Positions 33,339-34,443 of a stretch of DNA of 34,443 nt are shown here, piece by piece (position 1 is the stretch's first letter; each line of letters starts with the position of its first letter). The stretch is from a virus. Taxonomy: Duplodnaviria > Caudoviricetes. The position numbers were made by a program, and so were the translations under genes. The stretch spans positions 1 to 34,443 of the IMG/VR virus record IMGVR_UViG_3300025082_000031; one strand, written 5' to 3'. Below the pieces are notes generated by a model that saw only the letters and a list, made by a program, of their open reading frames with translations, searched no databases and was not told the DNA's origin.

Positions 33339-34443
33339 TTAAAAACCCCAAATTATTGAATCGTAAGTGGTTGCCAGCACTGCTGATTGACTAATTATTT
33401 CCTGACCAAAAACAATCTGCTCGCTGGAATTTGTTGTGATAAATTTTATATATGAATTCGATGATTCCGTTATGTTCAATGCATCCGCAAGATTATCAGT
33501 TAACGTGATTTTGTTTAGTGTGGTGTTTCCTCCAAAAACTAAATCTAACCCAACTGCTGCATCTGCAACTGATACGGAATCACAATCGATGTCTCCAACA
33601 TTGAGAATCGCTCGGTCCCCAAGATCAAGAGTTCCTGCAATCGAGGTCACACTGGCTGCCCCTGCTCCTATGGTGACATCCACCTCTCCATCAGTGGATG
33701 TCCCGGTTAGGATAAATCCAGGCGTTACGGTTCCATCATACTCGGCTACTGAGATGCTGATTTTCCCTTCTTCACCTCCAGATGTCGGATCTACAACTTC
33801 AGCTAAAATAGTAGAATAAATCTGGTTATTGTTGGCATCATCATTCGCATAAAAATTAATGGTCCCACAATCATCATTCGCAACTCCCGCATTTGATCCA
33901 CCACGGAGATTTTTCAGATTAAGGATGGCAGAAGTTGCATCATCAGCATTGTTTGCCAATGTGAACACTGGTTTTGATGCAGTTGTCGAGGTAATGGAAA
34001 TGTCAGAGAGTGCTGAAGCGGAAGTGACAAAGGTTCCAGTTTCATCTGGAAGAGTTAAAACCCCTGACGCTCCACTACCCGTATATTTTAACGTGACCAG
34101 GTCATTGGAATTACTGTAGTTGTATACTGCAAAATCAGAGAATGCCATTTTCGCCACTGACTCCGGTGAGGTTGTGGAGTCATAAACAAAGGAATAGCTT
34201 TTTGCCGTATCGTTATAAGTGACCTTGGCATCTGTGCTGCCCATACCATCAATGCTGCCTACACCAGATCCAACTGCTGTCCCGGATGTTATTTGAACCG
34301 CCGTGCCGCTTGCATTTCTCCAGTAGATATCCCCGCTGCTTTCATAAATACACCGCCGATCTGCGGAGGTGGTGGCATCGGCACTGGAGTCAAATGCCAC
34401 CGTTCGCAGCTCGGTTGCATCATTTGCATTGAATTCCAGATCA
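33339..34443 (-). CDS. Tail fibre/spike-like virion protein, C-terminal part (gene starts at 295 across the junction)
   Basis: Gly/Ser/Thr/Asp-rich beta-type sequence, LTLPDETGT motif; frame open to the contig end. Confidence 0.8.
   Translation of the reverse strand, partial: DLEFNANDATELRTVAFDSSADATTSADRRCIYESSGDIYWRNASGTAVQITSGTAVGSGVGSIDGMGSTDAKVTYNDTAKSYSFVYDSTTSPESVAKMAFSDFAVYNYSNSNDLVTLKYTGSGASGVLTLPDETGTFVTSASALSDISITSTTASKPVFTLANNADDATSAILNLKNLRGGSNAGVANDDCGTINFYANDDANNNQIYSTILAEVVDPTSGGEEGKISISVAEYDGTVTPGFILTGTSTDGEVDVTIGAGAASVTSIAGTLDLGDRAILNVGDIDCDSVSVADAAVGLDLVFGGNTTLNKITLTDNLADALNITESSNSYIKFITTNSSEQIVFGQEIISQSAVLATTYDSIIWGF
34310..34443 (+). repeat. Terminal direct repeat, right copy
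   Basis: Matches 1-134 at 133/134 positions; lies inside a gene that reads in frame through the junction. Confidence 0.97.

Larger units (their letters stand above)
1..34443. mobile_element. Complete temperate tailed phage genome (podovirus-like), circularly permuted contig
   Basis: Terminal 134-bp overlap; full set of terS/terL/portal/scaffold/capsid/adaptor/nozzle/ejection/lysis genes plus integrase, repressor and attP; no tape measure or sheath gene recognised. Confidence 0.93.

Noticed and set aside
32397-34443. Diversity-generating retroelement targeting the tail fibre
   Set aside because: No reverse transcriptase and no TR/VR repeat pair seen

Overview
The window is an apparently complete, circularly permuted genome (unit length 34,309 bp) of a temperate podovirus-like (P22-type head-tail connector) bacteriophage. 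Positions 1-134 repeat 34310-34443 with one mismatch. Almost all genes are on the minus strand. The early genes cover recombination and replication (VRR-NUC, RecE-like exonuclease, RecT-like annealing protein, initiator with iterons). The late order is terS, GNAT, terL, a large polyvalent protein with an ADP-ribosyltransferase-like domain, portal, scaffold, major capsid, adaptor, tail fibres, nozzle, three ejection proteins, then lysis genes. A plus-strand integrase-repressor pair is followed by an attP. Two features stand out. (1) The major capsid gene is split by two compact ORF-less group I introns (3837-4069 and 3413-3658) whose splicing restores a 408-aa frame. (2) The attP carries the 5' half, not the usual 3' half, of a selenocysteine tRNA directly downstream of the int-repressor operon. 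Protein family calls come from motif recognition only; no searches were run.
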